Part shown: positions 46,944 through 61,920 of the stretch, piece by piece
Numbering within the stretch: the first letter of the stretch is position 1
How the letters are laid out: each line of letters begins with the position of its first letter
Notes under the pieces: model-generated
Seen by the model: the letters and a program-made list of their open reading frames with translations, nothing else
Databases searched by the model: none
Told to the model about the DNA's origin: nothing
Assembly (NCBI RefSeq): GCF_009914755.1
Contig: NC_060935.1
From: the human T2T-CHM13v2.0 reference genome, Homo sapiens
DNA: 64,000 nt
Direction: 5' to 3' (one strand)
Translations under genes and position numbers: made by a program

Positions 46944-46945
46944 TT

Positions 46946-47228
46946 ATGGGTACTTAGAACACACTGCTTCAAAACACGTTACCTTAGAAATTGAGAAAAC
47001 ACCAGAAGCAGAAAGGTAATTCTCTGACTTTCCCCAACCTTTCTGTGTGAAGGTTATTCACAAAGGCCAGCTTTCATCATCCCTGAAAATGGGCCATAAG
47101 ATCTTCATGTGACAGGTGTCCTGCCGCATACCTGAAGGAAAAGAATGCTACACAGAGAGATGAAGAAAAATCTCAATAAACATGCCTTTCTCAGTTCCCC
47201 GTAGTTTATTACCTTTGGTCATACATAC
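46946..47228 (+). mobile_element. MER34/MER39-group ERV1 LTR, 5' fragment
   Basis: ttgagaaaacaccagaagcagaaagg...catgtgacaggtgtcctgcc...gaatgctacacagagag...gtttattacctttggtcatac. Confidence 0.7.
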
Positions 47229-47323
47229 ATTGCTTGAACCCAGGAGGTGGGGGTTGCCGTGAGCTGAGGTCATGCCACTGCACCCCAGACTGGGTTTCAG
47301 AGCGAGACTCCATCTCAAAAAAA

Positions 47324-47362
<39 letters not shown>

Positions 47363-47364
47363 AA
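47229..47364 (+). mobile_element. Alu right-arm fragment with long A/GAAAA tail
   Basis: attgcttgaacccaggagg...gagactccatctc followed by A24(GAAAA)n. Confidence 0.9.
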
Positions 47365-47899
47365 TTCTAGTTTTTCAAGCAGTCTTTCAAAATTTTGATA
47401 AGCCTGAATCAACACCACAGAATCCTTGGTAAGTCAGGTAAAGCTGAATTGCTAATCTGAACTCCTAAGCGTCACATCTTTTTCCTTGGCTCTTCCACCA
47501 AACCATTGCTACTCATGAAAATATACCCTCTCTGAAGTAGCCAGCTGAACAAACCTTTATGCAATAAGTTGAAGCGGAATGTAGTGTGTGTGTTTATGTG
47601 ATGCATGCTCATGTGCACATGCATGCAGGGAGGACAGAGAAAAAGAGAGAGAGAATGAGAGGTCTTGGTTCCAGTCATGCAAAAGTGTATCCATCCTGCA
47701 GGCACGCAAGGCAGAAGGCACACACCCGACTGAACTTGCCAGGCTCAGCCTTCAAATTCACACTTGGCAGTGGGAGCTGCTTATTAGCACCAACCTCACC
47801 TTCTTTAGAGTTTCGTTTGCAAATGAGATATTTCATCAATCTATGGATTCCCTGTTTTTTTGTCTTAGTCACCACTCATTCTTTCTCTCACTGGCTCAC

Positions 47900-47929
47900 T
47901 GTTTTGTTTTTGTTTTTGTTTTTGTTTTT
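47900..47929. repeat. (TTTTTG)n
   Basis: gttttgtttttgtttttgtttttgttttt. Confidence 0.85.
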
Positions 47930-49034
47930 AAGCCCTTTTTTTGAGAAAAGAAAAGGAAATGCATCATTGTTACTAGGTACAGCAACAAACTAAACAAATC
48001 TTTTCCTCTACTTCTACGAAATGAAGCCTTTCACTTTTATCTTCCCAAACTAACTGGAAGAAAGAGGCTTTCTTGTTTTCCCCCTCAGCAGTGGAAGTGA
48101 ACGCCTTCTATTCAACAACTCCACCCACGAGCTGGTGCCTTCCTCTCTCAAAGGGTCAGTAAAGTCTGCAGACCCCATGGAAGCGCAGATGTAAGAATGA
48201 CCCATAGAACTCCCATAAGAACTCAGATGTCCATTTTGAACAATACCTGCTTTAAGGCTTTATAAAGAGGCAGAGAGGGAAATCCATTCTAGAGGGAGCA
48301 GTGATTTTAGAATAGGTGCTTGTCTCCACAGCTACATGGGGAAAGAACAGAAGTAAACTTAGGCTGGAATACCCAAGAGGAAACGTGGGGTAGAAAATGA
48401 AGGAAGAAGTTTCCAGGCAACAAATGCCACCTCGCATGGCCCTCACTACACACCAGTTTGAATCACACCTTACATTTGGCTAAATCAGTTGTTTAGATGA
48501 AAGTGAGAATGAGGCCAAATTAACATATAATTTTGGCTAGAGACCCAAGGTGTTAGAATCACAAAGATCTTTGTTCAAATCTCATTTCCTACACTTATAA
48601 GCTATGGATTTTGGGCAAGGTGTTGAACACCTCTGGCCATGATTTTCCCATATGTATAACAGCAAGAGACAATCAGAGTGGTTGGGATCATTAAGGAAAA
48701 CAACACTTGGGAAATAGCTTTTCAGTAAAGCATAGGGACAGGCTTCCTCGGAGGGTCCTGTGTGATTACCAAAAAAAAAAAAAAAAAAAAAAAAGAGGGA
48801 TTCCACACTTGGCTGGCCAGAGGGAGGCTGTCCAAAGTAGGCAGGTTTTTTTTGTTTTTGTTTTTTTTTAATAGCTGATTAACAACTGTGTTCCCACTCA
48901 CACATCAGCCCCAACTTATCCTCTAACCTTGAGAAAATTAATCACAAAGAAATGGTGTCAGGTGAAGGGAAAGTCAAGCAGGGAGAGGAAAGCTGAGTTA
49001 TAATTCTCCCTCTGTGCCCAACACATTATACCAC

Positions 49035-49135
49035 CATATGCAGGTCACATAAACTTTCTGGGCCTTATTTTCCTTTGTGTAAAATGAATGAGTTGGGCTA
49101 GACTAAGCTTAGAGGTCCCAAATTCTAAAACTCTT
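49035..49135 (+). mobile_element. MIR3-like fragment
   Basis: aactttctgggccttattttcctttgtgtaaaatgaatgagttgggctagact...gaggtccc...ttctaaaactct. Confidence 0.6.
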
Positions 49136-50433
49136 TGTGGGCTTAATTTCCCGAATAGGGGAAGGGCCATTTCTAGCTCTGTAAGGATGACAGCAGTTGA
49201 CAAATGTCCACAGATCCTGTGTGATGGTCAGTTATCTTTTCCAATTATGGTTGCTCCTCAGCTGAGGAGCAATCTCAAACCAGCCTGCAGGGATCTGTGC
49301 AATAAGGGAAGGGGCAAAGCTATCAAGGGTAATAATCAAAGCTTGGCCATTTAATGGGGAAGCTGTTAGGCAAATTCACTGCTTTACTCCAGGAGCATTT
49401 TCCCTGACCTAACATCCTGCAGAGCAGGACAGAAGAGGGCTCAGCTGCCTCTCCAAGAGACAAATGGGTCTTGCATGATTTGCACTTGCAAGTCACTTCA
49501 AATATTAATTATAAAATCATCTATTTACTTTTTTTTGTCCTTTCTTGCAAATCATTCTAAAAATAATGTCATTTAAACACTGATTCACTGGCTGTGCCCA
49601 AGTGAACTCCCCAGGGAAATCCTAGCCACTGTAATATTTGAAAATGCCCCTCTAAATTAGCAAGCCTTGCACAGACTCTATTGGGAAATTCAATCATCCC
49701 TTTGTTACTGGGTATTTTTATTTGTGGCTCCCTGAAAGAACTGAAGTTCACCCACCTTCAATTCCAATCAGTCTGAAATGATATGGATAGGCCGTGAGTT
49801 TAGTGGCAGCAACTCCATTAATATTAATATACAATAAAGAACCACAACATTTAATAAAAACAAAAGCTACAAACTATATCTGAAAGCCTTTTAAGAGCAG
49901 GGTAAATAAATGCTCTAGTGATATTTTTCCTCTTCTCTTATCATCAAAACTCTTAAACAAGCATAAAACAGGCTTTGTTGACTTTTATACCTTTCTTCCA
50001 TTCAAATGCAAAAAACCGAGGGGATGTTTACTATGTTTAATTAGCTTCATAATGCCTGGGTTTCCTTAACCTGAGTGAGGTAGTTGGTTACTAAAAGTAG
50101 AAGCTCACAATTTATTAGCAGTGCCACCAAATGTTTCTACCTAATGCTGATGAATGCAACTGCAAAAACATGAACTTTTAAATCCCTGAATTCTACAAAC
50201 AGAAAAGGGAAATGATTTGGGGTCCTGGAAGGAAGCCATAATGAAGGAAAAATAATTAGTATGAAACAGAATCTCACTTGAAAATGGGGCCTCTAGATTT
50301 CAGACCGATCCAAGCTCCCTCACTAAAAATGCAGGCATTTCATCTAAACAATGTGGAAGCACTGACTGGATAAATATCTAAATGAATGGAATTCCTTGTG
50401 AGCTGCTCCCCATTTCCTGATCTTTTTAGCTAA

Positions 50434-50788
<355 letters not shown>

Positions 50789-50869
50789 AAGATATTTTAA
50801 TGGTGATCCTTTCAGACCACCCATTCTACACTTGACTTTTGGTTACAACATCCCTCCTACGTGCTTGAC

Positions 50870-51422
50870 CCAGCAGCCTTATCCTTTCCTTCAGCTTGCC
50901 TAAGCCTTAAGCAGGCTTCTTCCTGACTCTAGGTCCCTAATGTCCCTTTCCTTATAGCATTTACTTTAGAAAACATGTAATTATAAATCCTTTCTCTGCC
51001 CCTTTGACATGTAAATCTTTTTAAAAGCCTCTTGTCAGTTTTGCAACCTCTCTCAAGGACCTAGGAGCCATCTCTTTGAAATGTAATCAACAAGGAGACA
51101 GCATCGCTATCTCCCAGTTTTTCTGAGAGTTGAACATTCCTGCCTTATTCTAAGTTGCAAAACTACCTTCTATCATAAAGACAAGGAAAGTGTATTTTCC
51201 CTTTGGATAAAGACAATTGATAAATACAGATGGCTTATGACTTCCCCTTAACAACCTCCAGGCCTTTTTCCCGAGCTCACCCAACTCTTAGAAAAACCCT
51301 TCCCGTTCTTCAGCAGAGAGTTGAGTCTAGATTTAGTTCTAGCTTCCACTCCCTATTGCAATATCCTTGAATAAACTTCCTTGCCTTCTTAGCTTTGGCC
51401 AGTGCAATTTTCGCTGCTGATA
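50870..51422 (+). mobile_element. MER31/MER67-group ERV1 LTR
   Basis: agcatttactttagaaaac...ttctctgcccctttgacatgtaaatc...ctcaaggacctaggagccatctctttgaaatgtaatc...ccctattgcaatatccttgaataaa. Confidence 0.75.
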
Positions 51423-51494
51423 CTTAAAGGTTTCTGGACATGAGCAGGGGTCCCAGCACCTATCTTCTTGGGTATTCATTCTTTCCTTCATCAA

Positions 51495-51760
51495 CCCTGA
51501 CCTTAGACAATTCTTCCCTACAAGGAAGCACAATCTGTCTCACTAGGAATTCTACCCACTGATCATGGTTCTACCCTTGGGGTCTGTATAGAATATGCCT
51601 AATATTTTACACATCCTTTAAATATCTGAAGAAAGCTTCTCTGCTCCAGGTTAAACCTTCCCAGGGCCTTCACAGAAGGTGCTGAGCCTTAGGTTCATAT
51701 TTGTCTTTGTCAAAGGATCTCCCTAAGGGAGTGCCTGAAGATATAGTAACTCCAGGTATA
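51495..51760 (-). mobile_element. L3/CR1 LINE fragment
   Basis: cccactgatcatggttctaccct...tttaaatatctgaagaaagc...ctgctccaggttaaaccttccc. Confidence 0.6.
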
Positions 51761-52789
51761 GAAGAGGCAACTAAAGGGGTTTTGTTTTACCTGAGAAAAA
51801 TAAAATTTACGGTGTGATAATTCAGGATATAACCCACAGATCAGGTATCCTCAGAATGAATTACAAATGCATTCAGCTTTCAGTAATGTTTTCTTAACCC
51901 TATAAATAAAAGCAATCTATGTGAGGTTTGAGCAGCCCAGGGAAAGGATACCAAGACTTGGTACTTTTATCTCATTAAAACCCTCAAGAAAAAAACACTA
52001 TATATTCAATTACGGGGGTGAGAAGAATAATAGCTAGTAATTTTTTTTCTAGACTACAGTCATGACCTTGAAAACTCGATGATGTTCATAACATTAGTTT
52101 TATTTTAAAAATTCTATTTTTCTCCTGCAGACTTTGCTATATATACTCATATTCACCCTCCCTCCTTTCACTACTTGAAGTTTCATCTCTCTAAGGTCTA
52201 GACATTCTCCTATTTTGAATGTTTTCCCACGTTCTCACCCCTGTCAAAATATTCAGCATGATTTTTAAAATTAAGGGGTAATCAGTCAGTCAGGTAATCA
52301 GGTTATTTTATTATTTGACCAACTAGGTTCTTCATCAAAGAAAATATCATTAAGTTACAAGTATGTTAATAGTTGACCCTGAGAGGCCCGCTTGGTTCTC
52401 ACTGAAAAGATGGAAATCACAAGCTCATTAAGTACCTTTTTCTTTCTAAAAAGGTATTACTTGAGCAATCTCTGTTGCTCCTTTTTCACAGCTCCCTTAT
52501 ATTCAAAAGTAATATTTTATTTTCACAACATATATTTTATTTGTATCTTTCTTCTGAAATATATTTTCAAAATAATTTTATAGAACTATGTACTGACAGT
52601 ACCTTGTATCCTAGGCTTAGAGCTCTTCAAGGGCAAAGTTATTTATCTTATTAGCCTATAATAAGCAGTATAGTGCCTAACACATCATATATCTCAATAA
52701 ATATAAAGATATAAAAATTGAGAAAATTAATTGAGGTAATCTTCCCAACAATTTTATAGGACAGAGAATGGGATGGATATTTATTTCCA

Positions 52790-53096
<307 letters not shown>

Positions 53097-53506
53097 TATT
53101 GCCATTTTTCAGGCAGGTTAAGTAATTGTTCAATGCAGGATGTGGAAAAATAATCCCTCCTGAATGGTGAATGTACATCTGATTGGAATGACTTTGGGTA
53201 TGCAATTAGACCTAGAGTCCCAGAGTCCATGTCTATTAAAGATGTGTGTCAATTCTGGTTATTTGGTGGGACATACAAGAGGGATTCTAAATCATGCTAC
53301 TGTTAGGATTTAGTATGTGAATGTACATGTATGTGGAAGTGTTGGGGGTGGGGAAGGACCAAATTTGCATTTCACTAGCTCTCTTTTTGTTCTTAACAGA
53401 TAGAATTCATATACTCATTAGATTTGGCTCTGGTAAGAATGACTTCTGCATTATAGGCAATAGATAAGAGGCATAAACCTGGGGGAAGGGGACACTATGC
53501 ACACTC

Positions 53507-53536
53507 ACAAACAAACAAACAAACAAACAAACAAAC
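53507..53536. repeat. (CAAA)7 microsatellite
   Basis: caaacaaacaaacaaacaaacaaacaaac. Confidence 0.9.
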
Positions 53537-53891
53537 ACAGCCCTAGACAGATTATTTCCTTGTAAGAAACAGTGATGGCAGCCCTCCATACATCAAACAA
53601 TTCAATCTCTCAGACCCCAAATCATTTCAGTTCCAGAAAGAAGGCCAATATTCACAAACTCATTACCAAGCCTTGATCAATCTTAATATATTGTACGGAA
53701 CTGTCATTGTAGCTGAAATGGCATTTTTTCTCTCCTTTGATGTTCTTGCAAATGGATTCGTTTGGAGGTAGAATAAGAAGTTTGGGTGACGGAATATAAA
53801 CACAGTTAGAGCTGCTTTCCATGCTGTGGAAAATTGTGAATCGGACACAATTGTGCATAAAGCCAGGCATTATGGTTTTAAAGGATAAGAG

Positions 53892-54170
53892 GCCTTAATC
53901 CTAGCACTTTGGGGAGCTGAGACAGGAGAACTGCTTGAGGCCCAGAGTTCAAAACCAGCCCAGGGAAGCAATATAGCAAGATTCCATCTCTACAAATGAT
54001 TTAAAAATTAGTCATGTGTGGTGATGCACACCTGTAGTCCTAGTTACTCCAGAGGCTGAGGCAGGAGGACAGCTTAAGCCCAGGAGCTTGAGGTTGCAGT
54101 GAGCAATGATCATGCCACTGCCACTCTAGCCTGGGCAACAGAGTGAGATACTGTCTCAAAAACAAAGAAA
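53892..54170 (+). mobile_element. AluJ, 5' end slightly truncated
   Basis: taatcctagcactttgggg...gcttaagcccaggagcttgagg...gatcatgccactg. Confidence 0.9.
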
Positions 54171-55338
54171 TAGGAGAGTCAAGGGATGGCAAGAGATACT
54201 TTTCTGATGATTAAAACATCCTTGCTTTCCTGAAACAGAACTTATTTTTAAGGAATTTTAAGAGTTCATCAGCCAAGTGTGTGGTCATCTGTTCATCCAA
54301 GCTCCTGGTCATCTTAGGTTAATTAATGATTTACTGAGTGTTTCTATTTCACTTGATTCACACTCAGTTGAAGAGTTAGAACCATGAAAAATTAGACTTA
54401 AGCTTTAAAGATAGCATTCCATCCAGTTCCACAGCACCCTTTACATATGGCAGTCAGAGGTACAGAGCCTCAATGGAGCACTCTGAGTGAAGGAATCAAC
54501 TTCCAGCGAAGCCCACACCACCGCTTCCTGCCTCTTCATTTCTGACAATACTACGGGACACTAAGGAAACCTACTTGCTTATGATACTACATCAGTCCAT
54601 GTTCTGCCTTCAGAAGCTTTCTAGAACATATCTGATTTCTTTCCTGTATTGTGTTAAAAGAAATTTTCAGAAAAAAGTACAATCATGACCCTTATGCACA
54701 TATAAAAATGGACATGAGTTCAATAATTTATTTTGCTCATATGATATGAGGAAATCAAGCAGACGCTATACCAGTTCAAAGGAAAAGTCAAAACACTACA
54801 AAATTACATGGAGTAAACGAATGTTGAGCAAATTGCAAATGAAGACAAAGTGATTTTTCCACTGGGAGGGAGGGAAGTCAATTGAAATTCTACTGGAAAA
54901 GACAGAATTTGCATACCAGTCAGATACCTACAATTTACAGAGGTGCAAAACAGCTTAAAGGCAATAATAGGACTAGAACTGAATATCCTGGATTGGTGTG
55001 ATATAAATCATGAATACGTTTCCATTGAAGTACTAATTTTTTTTAGTATTGAAGTAGAGTCCTGGTATCTTATATGTAATTCTAAATTGAAAACAAGCAG
55101 GGAAAACAAGCAGGGAAAAAACAAGCAGGGGAAAAAAAAGCCCTGACAACTGAAAGCTATTTTTCCAATGTCTGGTGCTTATATATCCCTGTTAGTATGA
55201 ATATTCATTTATTTTGCTGCATAAATATTAATACATGTTATTACAAGTATTGCCCCAGATACCTCATATATAACATATGCATGTATTAGCCTCTTAAAAT
55301 CAGAAATCTTTTGAGATCTAAAACTCCTTTAGTTCCCT

Positions 55339-55499
55339 ATTGATGTTTTCCTAGAGTCAGCTTATGGTTTGGTCAATTGTTTACATTTCTTCCAAACTTC
55401 ACATTCACCGACTTCAACTCGGTAGTTTAAAATTAGCCAAGGGGGATGGTATTTACACAAGAAAACAGTCAAATGCTCCAAATCAGGGCTTTCTTTTGT

Positions 55500-55545
<46 letters not shown>

Positions 55546-55588
55546 CTTCCTGAGGGTCAGTTGTTAAACATTTGTCGGCACACCACTT
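55339..55588 (-). mobile_element. MER63A-like hAT element
   Basis: ggtagtttaaaattagcc...gtatttacac...caaatgctccaaatcagggc...cagttgttaaacatttgtcggcacaccact. Confidence 0.75.
55504..55543. repeat. (GT)~20 perfect microsatellite
   Basis: Direct reading of sequence. Confidence 0.97.
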
Positions 55589-56018
55589 CCCCTAAAGATT
55601 TCAAATAAAGGATTGTGCACCTGTATCCCGGCAATTTACAAAGGACATGTGAAAATGAATAAGGCACATTCCCTGTCCTTAAGGGATTCACACACTAGTG
55701 AAGAGCTTGTGGTCTAGTACATAAATTAGTATATTTATAAACATAAGGCTGTTCCAGGGTTTATGCTTCCCCCAAGGTAGCTGTTTCACAACAGCCGTGT
55801 TTCTACTGTCCATCATAAAATGAATTAAATCTAAGTGGTTTCAATTCAATAAATATGCAGGAATATAAGGTCCTCTAGTAGATTCTTCAAAAGATATAAA
55901 TAGTAAACAATGCAGAAGATTAAATTGGAATATGAAAATACACACATTTTACTTAGTAATAACTGGTGATAAAGGCTAAAGGCTTTCCTTGAAATAATCA
56001 ATCTTGGAGAGAAAATAA

Positions 56019-56600
<582 letters not shown>

Positions 56601-56726
56601 GAAGATTTCTATGTCTTCAAGAATGAAGACAAATAAACTTAAGAGTTAAGCTATGGTTTTCAAGATTTATTTGTGTATAAAGATTCCATTATGTAGAAAA
56701 GAATATATATAAAAAAAAAACTCTCA

Positions 56727-56847
56727 AGGCTGAGGCAGGAGAATGGCATGAACCCAGGAGGCGGAGCTTGCAGTGAGCCAAGATCGGCCTGGGCGACAGA
56801 GCGAGACTCCGTCTCAAAAAAAAAACAAAAAACAAAAACCAAAAAAC
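56727..56847 (+). mobile_element. AluY right-arm fragment with ~15-bp internal deletion
   Basis: ggagaatggcatgaacccaggaggcggagcttgcagtgagccaagatcg|gcctgggcgacagagcgagactcc. Confidence 0.9.
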
Positions 56848-57149
56848 ACCTGCTGGATATGCAATATAAAGTTTAGAGCTTATAAGCTTTCTGGGCTTAT
56901 CTCAAATCTCTAGAAAGTAAAAACCTTGAGCACAGAGAATATTTCTTATTATTCATGTGTTATCTTCTGGACCTAATGAAGGGTCTCATATAGAGTAGGC
57001 AATTATTAAATAACTGGTAAATGGAAAAAGAGGAAAATGAACAGTAAAAGAGTGTTCAGCTTTCTATTTTGCTTTACCTGCTGCAGGATGCTGGCTGTCT
57101 TCTTCAAAGTTTTGAAAAATTATCTCCCTTCTTGGGCTACGTGGCTCTG

Positions 57150-57870
<721 letters not shown>

Positions 57871-58169
57871 TAGATAACGAGAAAATAAGCTTCTCTGTTA
57901 GATATGTGCTTTTATGGGAATTTTTCTCAGTTCTTTTTGAAAGCAAGTGGTGTATATTTAAAAAAACTTGAATAAAACTAAAACAAACAAAATCATTATT
58001 TAATTGTAAACAGACTTCAAGACTGAGAAAATGCTTCAAAAGAAGTAACTATATCTAAAAATGTAAACAATAAGGAAAATCATCAAAGTACAGAAATTCA
58101 AAATAAAAAAGCTAATTTTAAATTTGCTCATTGTGTCCAAAGGTCATATTTCCCTTTGCTTTAGTAAAA

Positions 58170-58640
58170 TGGTAGGTTTGCTTTGGGGCCTACACTGAGC
58201 CCCAAATATAATACTTTGTTTCCCAGAATCTTGTACCCAGGTGTAGTTATATGACTAAGTTCTGGCCAAATGAGATATAAGCCAAAATGTCAGGTAAACA
58301 TTCCAAGAATGATGCTTTAAAGATGTAAATTCAGACTAGAGATAACATCATAATGTGATTTCTCCATTTTTCCTTTCTGCTTCCCGAAATGTTGATATGA
58401 TGGCTGGAGCTTTAGCGGTCACTGTGGATCATGTTTTTACTTTGAGACTGAGAGCTTTGTATTAGAATGTTGGGACAGAGAGATGGAAGATGCCTGGATC
58501 CCTGGTGATTTTGTGTAGCTATCATACCCTCTCTGCATTATTTCCAGACTTCTCCATGGGACAGAATAAACCCTATGTGCTGATGATGCTGTTATTTTTA
58601 GTTTTCTGTTTATATACATTGAAGTAAAGTTCATATGTCA
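58170..58640 (+). mobile_element. MLT1J/K-like MaLR LTR
   Basis: tgactaagttctggccaaatgagatataagc...gatggctggagc...gcctggatccctggtga...aataaaccc. Confidence 0.75.
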
Positions 58641-59159
58641 CGTGAATATCTTAAATTATTCTAAGAGTCATGTTTATTTGCCTGACAGTATGTTTACCAG
58701 ATTGAGTAGTAAATGTGGAAACCATGTTTCCACTCAGTAGTAATTTTGATCCATCTAAAAAGTACTATTGTATCATCATTGTTCTTGTTGCAGTTGTTGA
58801 TATATTCACCACCTGTTCTAGGTAAGGACATCTGTTAATTTTCATGATTTTACTAAGTCCTGCATAAATATTAATTAAGCACAGTGGCTCTGAAAAACAA
58901 ACTCAATGCTTGTTGGGGATTTAGGAGCAAAGCACCCAGGGTAATTACATGCTCAGATTAGAAACTACTTTTAGTAGTATGTAAAAACACACAACTTTTA
59001 CAAGGGCCCAGGCAAGACAAACACAAGCAAAATTAAAAAAAAAAAAAACTATAGGAATATTAACAAACTTCTGAAGCAACTAGGAATTATAAATGAAATG
59101 TTATATCTCTTCCAATATGTACAAAGAGTTAGATTGGGTCTTTGCTCCCAGTGAAAAAA

Positions 59160-59400
59160 TAATAATATATCCAGCACTTCCAACAGCATCCATTATGTGT
59201 GCCATTCTAATAAGCTCTTTACCTATATTAAATTATGTAAACAACACAGCAGACACATGAGGGGCGTACTTCATTTGTCAGAAGAGAAAACAGAGGTGCA
59301 AGGATGCTAAGTAACTTGTACAAGGTCACATACCTATTCAATACCGACGTCAAGATTGGAATCCAAGCAGGGTAGTTTCAGACTCTGTGTGCTTAGCCTT
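59160..59400 (-). mobile_element. MIR
   Basis: cagaagagaaaacagaggtgcaaggatgctaagtaacttgtacaaggtcacat. Confidence 0.75.
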
Positions 59401-60374
59401 CAAACTTTGTTACCACTGGCAAACAGCTGGGAAGCAGCAGTAACTTGGGGAGCAATCACCAAGAAGTGTTAGTGAAATGGCTGAGTTGGAAATTCTGCTA
59501 AATAAAGGAAACTAGAAAATGATTCCCAGGCTACCAAGAATGGGAATTAAATATCAAGGTATAGGCCAAACATCTCAGAACCATAATGCCAGCACCACCT
59601 GGAAGTACTTTCTTGTCCTGTCCTTTTAACAAAAGGACCATAACTTCGGAGCAAAACTCAACTTAGAGCCACAAATCTTGACCCATTTCGCAGAATGCAG
59701 CTGGGCCAATATTTTGAAGTGTCTCAAGTACTACAATAATGTAGTACTGTTAGAGCAGCAAAGTTTGGAAATAATGTCCACAATCTTACCAGTAGAAGAT
59801 ATTCAGTTATGCCTATTAATAGCTTTTCTCTCTTACTTGGATTTTGGTCTTCTTCTTCATGTAAGGGCAAAAGGAATGGTATTTGGCTAACATGATGGCA
59901 CTGAGTATTGCCAGCACCCGTAGGGATATGTTGTGTGACCATCACCAGTTGAATATGTCACGCTGGACAAAATGTTGGGAACTACTGGAATAATTTAAAA
60001 AACAGCAGATTGGAGTCAAGAGGCCAAGAATCATGGTGCTGCTATTGAGTAGCTGAATGATCTTAACAGAATTCCTCCAAATTATTGTGGTCTCCCCTTT
60101 CTAGTAGCCAAAACAAAGGAACATTATATGGCCACCCTGATTCCCAAGATCCGTCTTCTGTCATAAAATCAGAATGGTAGCTGTGGTATCTACTATACAC
60201 GTATGTAGTAGATATAGATATATCTACATCTGGTAGATAATCAGATAATCTCCCTACTCAGAGAGCTCAGACAGATTTCATCTGAAGTGACACAGGCATA
60301 TTTAATTTCAAGTGACAGAATGAGGTTGGAGCATTGGATACATTAAGAATGAGTTTCCTTTCTTCCTACTGATT

Positions 60375-60612
60375 GCTGTATTGATTAAGCATCTAATATG
60401 TGCCAAGTTTTCTATCATATATGTTACATACTTGGTCATCCTTACTACAAACAATATGGTAGATCGTATGATCCCAAATTGAAAATGAGAAAAAAAAAGG
60501 AGCTCAAAGAGAGTTTGAGTACTTGCTCAACCTCACACAGCTAGAAAATGGCAATAAGAGAATTTAATCCCATTGTTAGTAAACAAAAGTTAAACTCAGA
60601 TCTGTCTTACTC
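60375..60612 (-). mobile_element. MIR
   Basis: ttaagcatctaatatgtgcca...gctcaaagagagtttgagtacttgctcaacctcacacagctag. Confidence 0.7.
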
Positions 60613-60614
60613 CA

Positions 60615-61380
60615 TGCTGTGGACTAAATTGTGTCACCTTTCCCCCTGTGGAGGCTGGAGCAACTCCATCTTTGATGCTTACCTGCCATGTTAGCTTCTG
60701 ATTAACCGCAGTTCTGGGAAGGCCTTTGAAATTTCCAGTTTATCTACTGTTCCTTATATAAGAGCATGTACTTATGTAAATCCTGTCCTTATGGCAAATT
60801 CTTACACATTCCCTCTGAAGCACATGTGCCCTTCCCCTATGGTATATAATCCCTGGGTTTGGGGGATTATATACCTGGGATCCATTCTTGCGAGACTGTC
60901 TTGTCTTGTCCCTACCTGAGACATATTCTGTTCCTAAGTCCCTATTACATATTTCTTTTTAAGAAACTGGATTTGTGAGCCCTTTCTTTGGCCTCTCAAC
61001 TTCCTTTGACTTTGGGGTAGATTTGCATAGGCCTGCCTACCTCAAAATACTCCCTAATTCATTTGTTGGAGCCCAAAGCCCAAAAGTTACTGTATTTAGA
61101 GATAAGGAGTAATCAAGGTTAAATGAGGTCATCAGAGTAGGAAAAGGATTAGTGTCCTTATAAAATAAGATACCAGAGAGCTCACTCTCTCCCTGCTGTG
61201 TAAGCACACTACCAGAAGATTGGCATGTGCAAGTCAGTAAGACAGCCCTCACCAAAAGCCCCTGTGCTGGCATCCTGATCCCAGACTCCCAGCCTCCAGA
61301 ACTGTAAAAATATTAATTTTTGTTGTTTAAACCACCAAGTCTGTGGTATTTTGTTATGGTGGCCCAGGCAGACTAATTCA
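60615..61380 (+). mobile_element. MLT1A/MLT1A0 LTR interrupted by LTR47
   Basis: tgctgtggactaaattgtgtc | aattcatttgttggagccc...aaggttaaatgaggtcat...cagcctccagaactgt...gcagactaattca. Confidence 0.88.
60647..61049 (+). mobile_element. LTR47-like (ERVL) solo LTR
   Basis: tgtggaggctggagcaactccatcttt...cttctgattaacc...taagtccctatta...gaaactggatttgt...tttgcataggcctgcc; approximate 5-bp TSD ccccc/ctccc. Confidence 0.82.
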
Positions 61381-61769
61381 CTCCAAAGGTTTTCTCTGCC
61401 CTTTTTTTCCCCGCTAAGCCATGTCTAGTCATTGTGTCCAAAAATGTCTGAAAAATAATTGGAGGAATCATTAAAGAGCTAGTGAGCTCACATTTTACAT
61501 TAAAGGTGTTGCTGGTACTCCCTGGAGTTGTACTGTGCGCAGCCTGTGTGAAGGGACCTGGAAGTCCTTACTCCTGTCTGCATAATTGACATTAATCCAT
61601 GATGCAAATCTGCCACTGGGTGCCAAATGCTTCGATTGTTACCCTCCAGCAGTACTACAACTAATGATATTACTATTATTCCTGCTCTTCTTTCTATTCT
61701 GTGTCCACTACCAGCATCCCAATTTTGAGTCTAATTTTTCAAAAAATACTTTCACAGTCTATCTCTAAT

Positions 61770-61920
61770 TAAAATTCTCTACACTATAATCACGACATAA
61801 TATTATCTCCACTTTACAGATGAGAAAGATGAAGTTCAAGGAGCTGCTGAGAGGTACTAAGCTAATCAGTAGCAAAGGCAAAGTGCAAAGTTTCCTGAAC
61901 GCTGTTCAGTGCTCTCCACC
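61770..61920 (-). mobile_element. MIR
   Basis: tattatctccactttacagatgagaaagatgaagttc...agctaatcagtagcaaag. Confidence 0.7.

Larger units (their letters stand above)
55135..55625 (-). mobile_element. MER46C (TcMar-Tigger) interrupted by MER63
   Basis: gtatgaatattcat...gctgcataaatattaat...gccccagat...aaaatcagaaa; terminus aaataaaggattgtgcacctgta. Confidence 0.7.
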
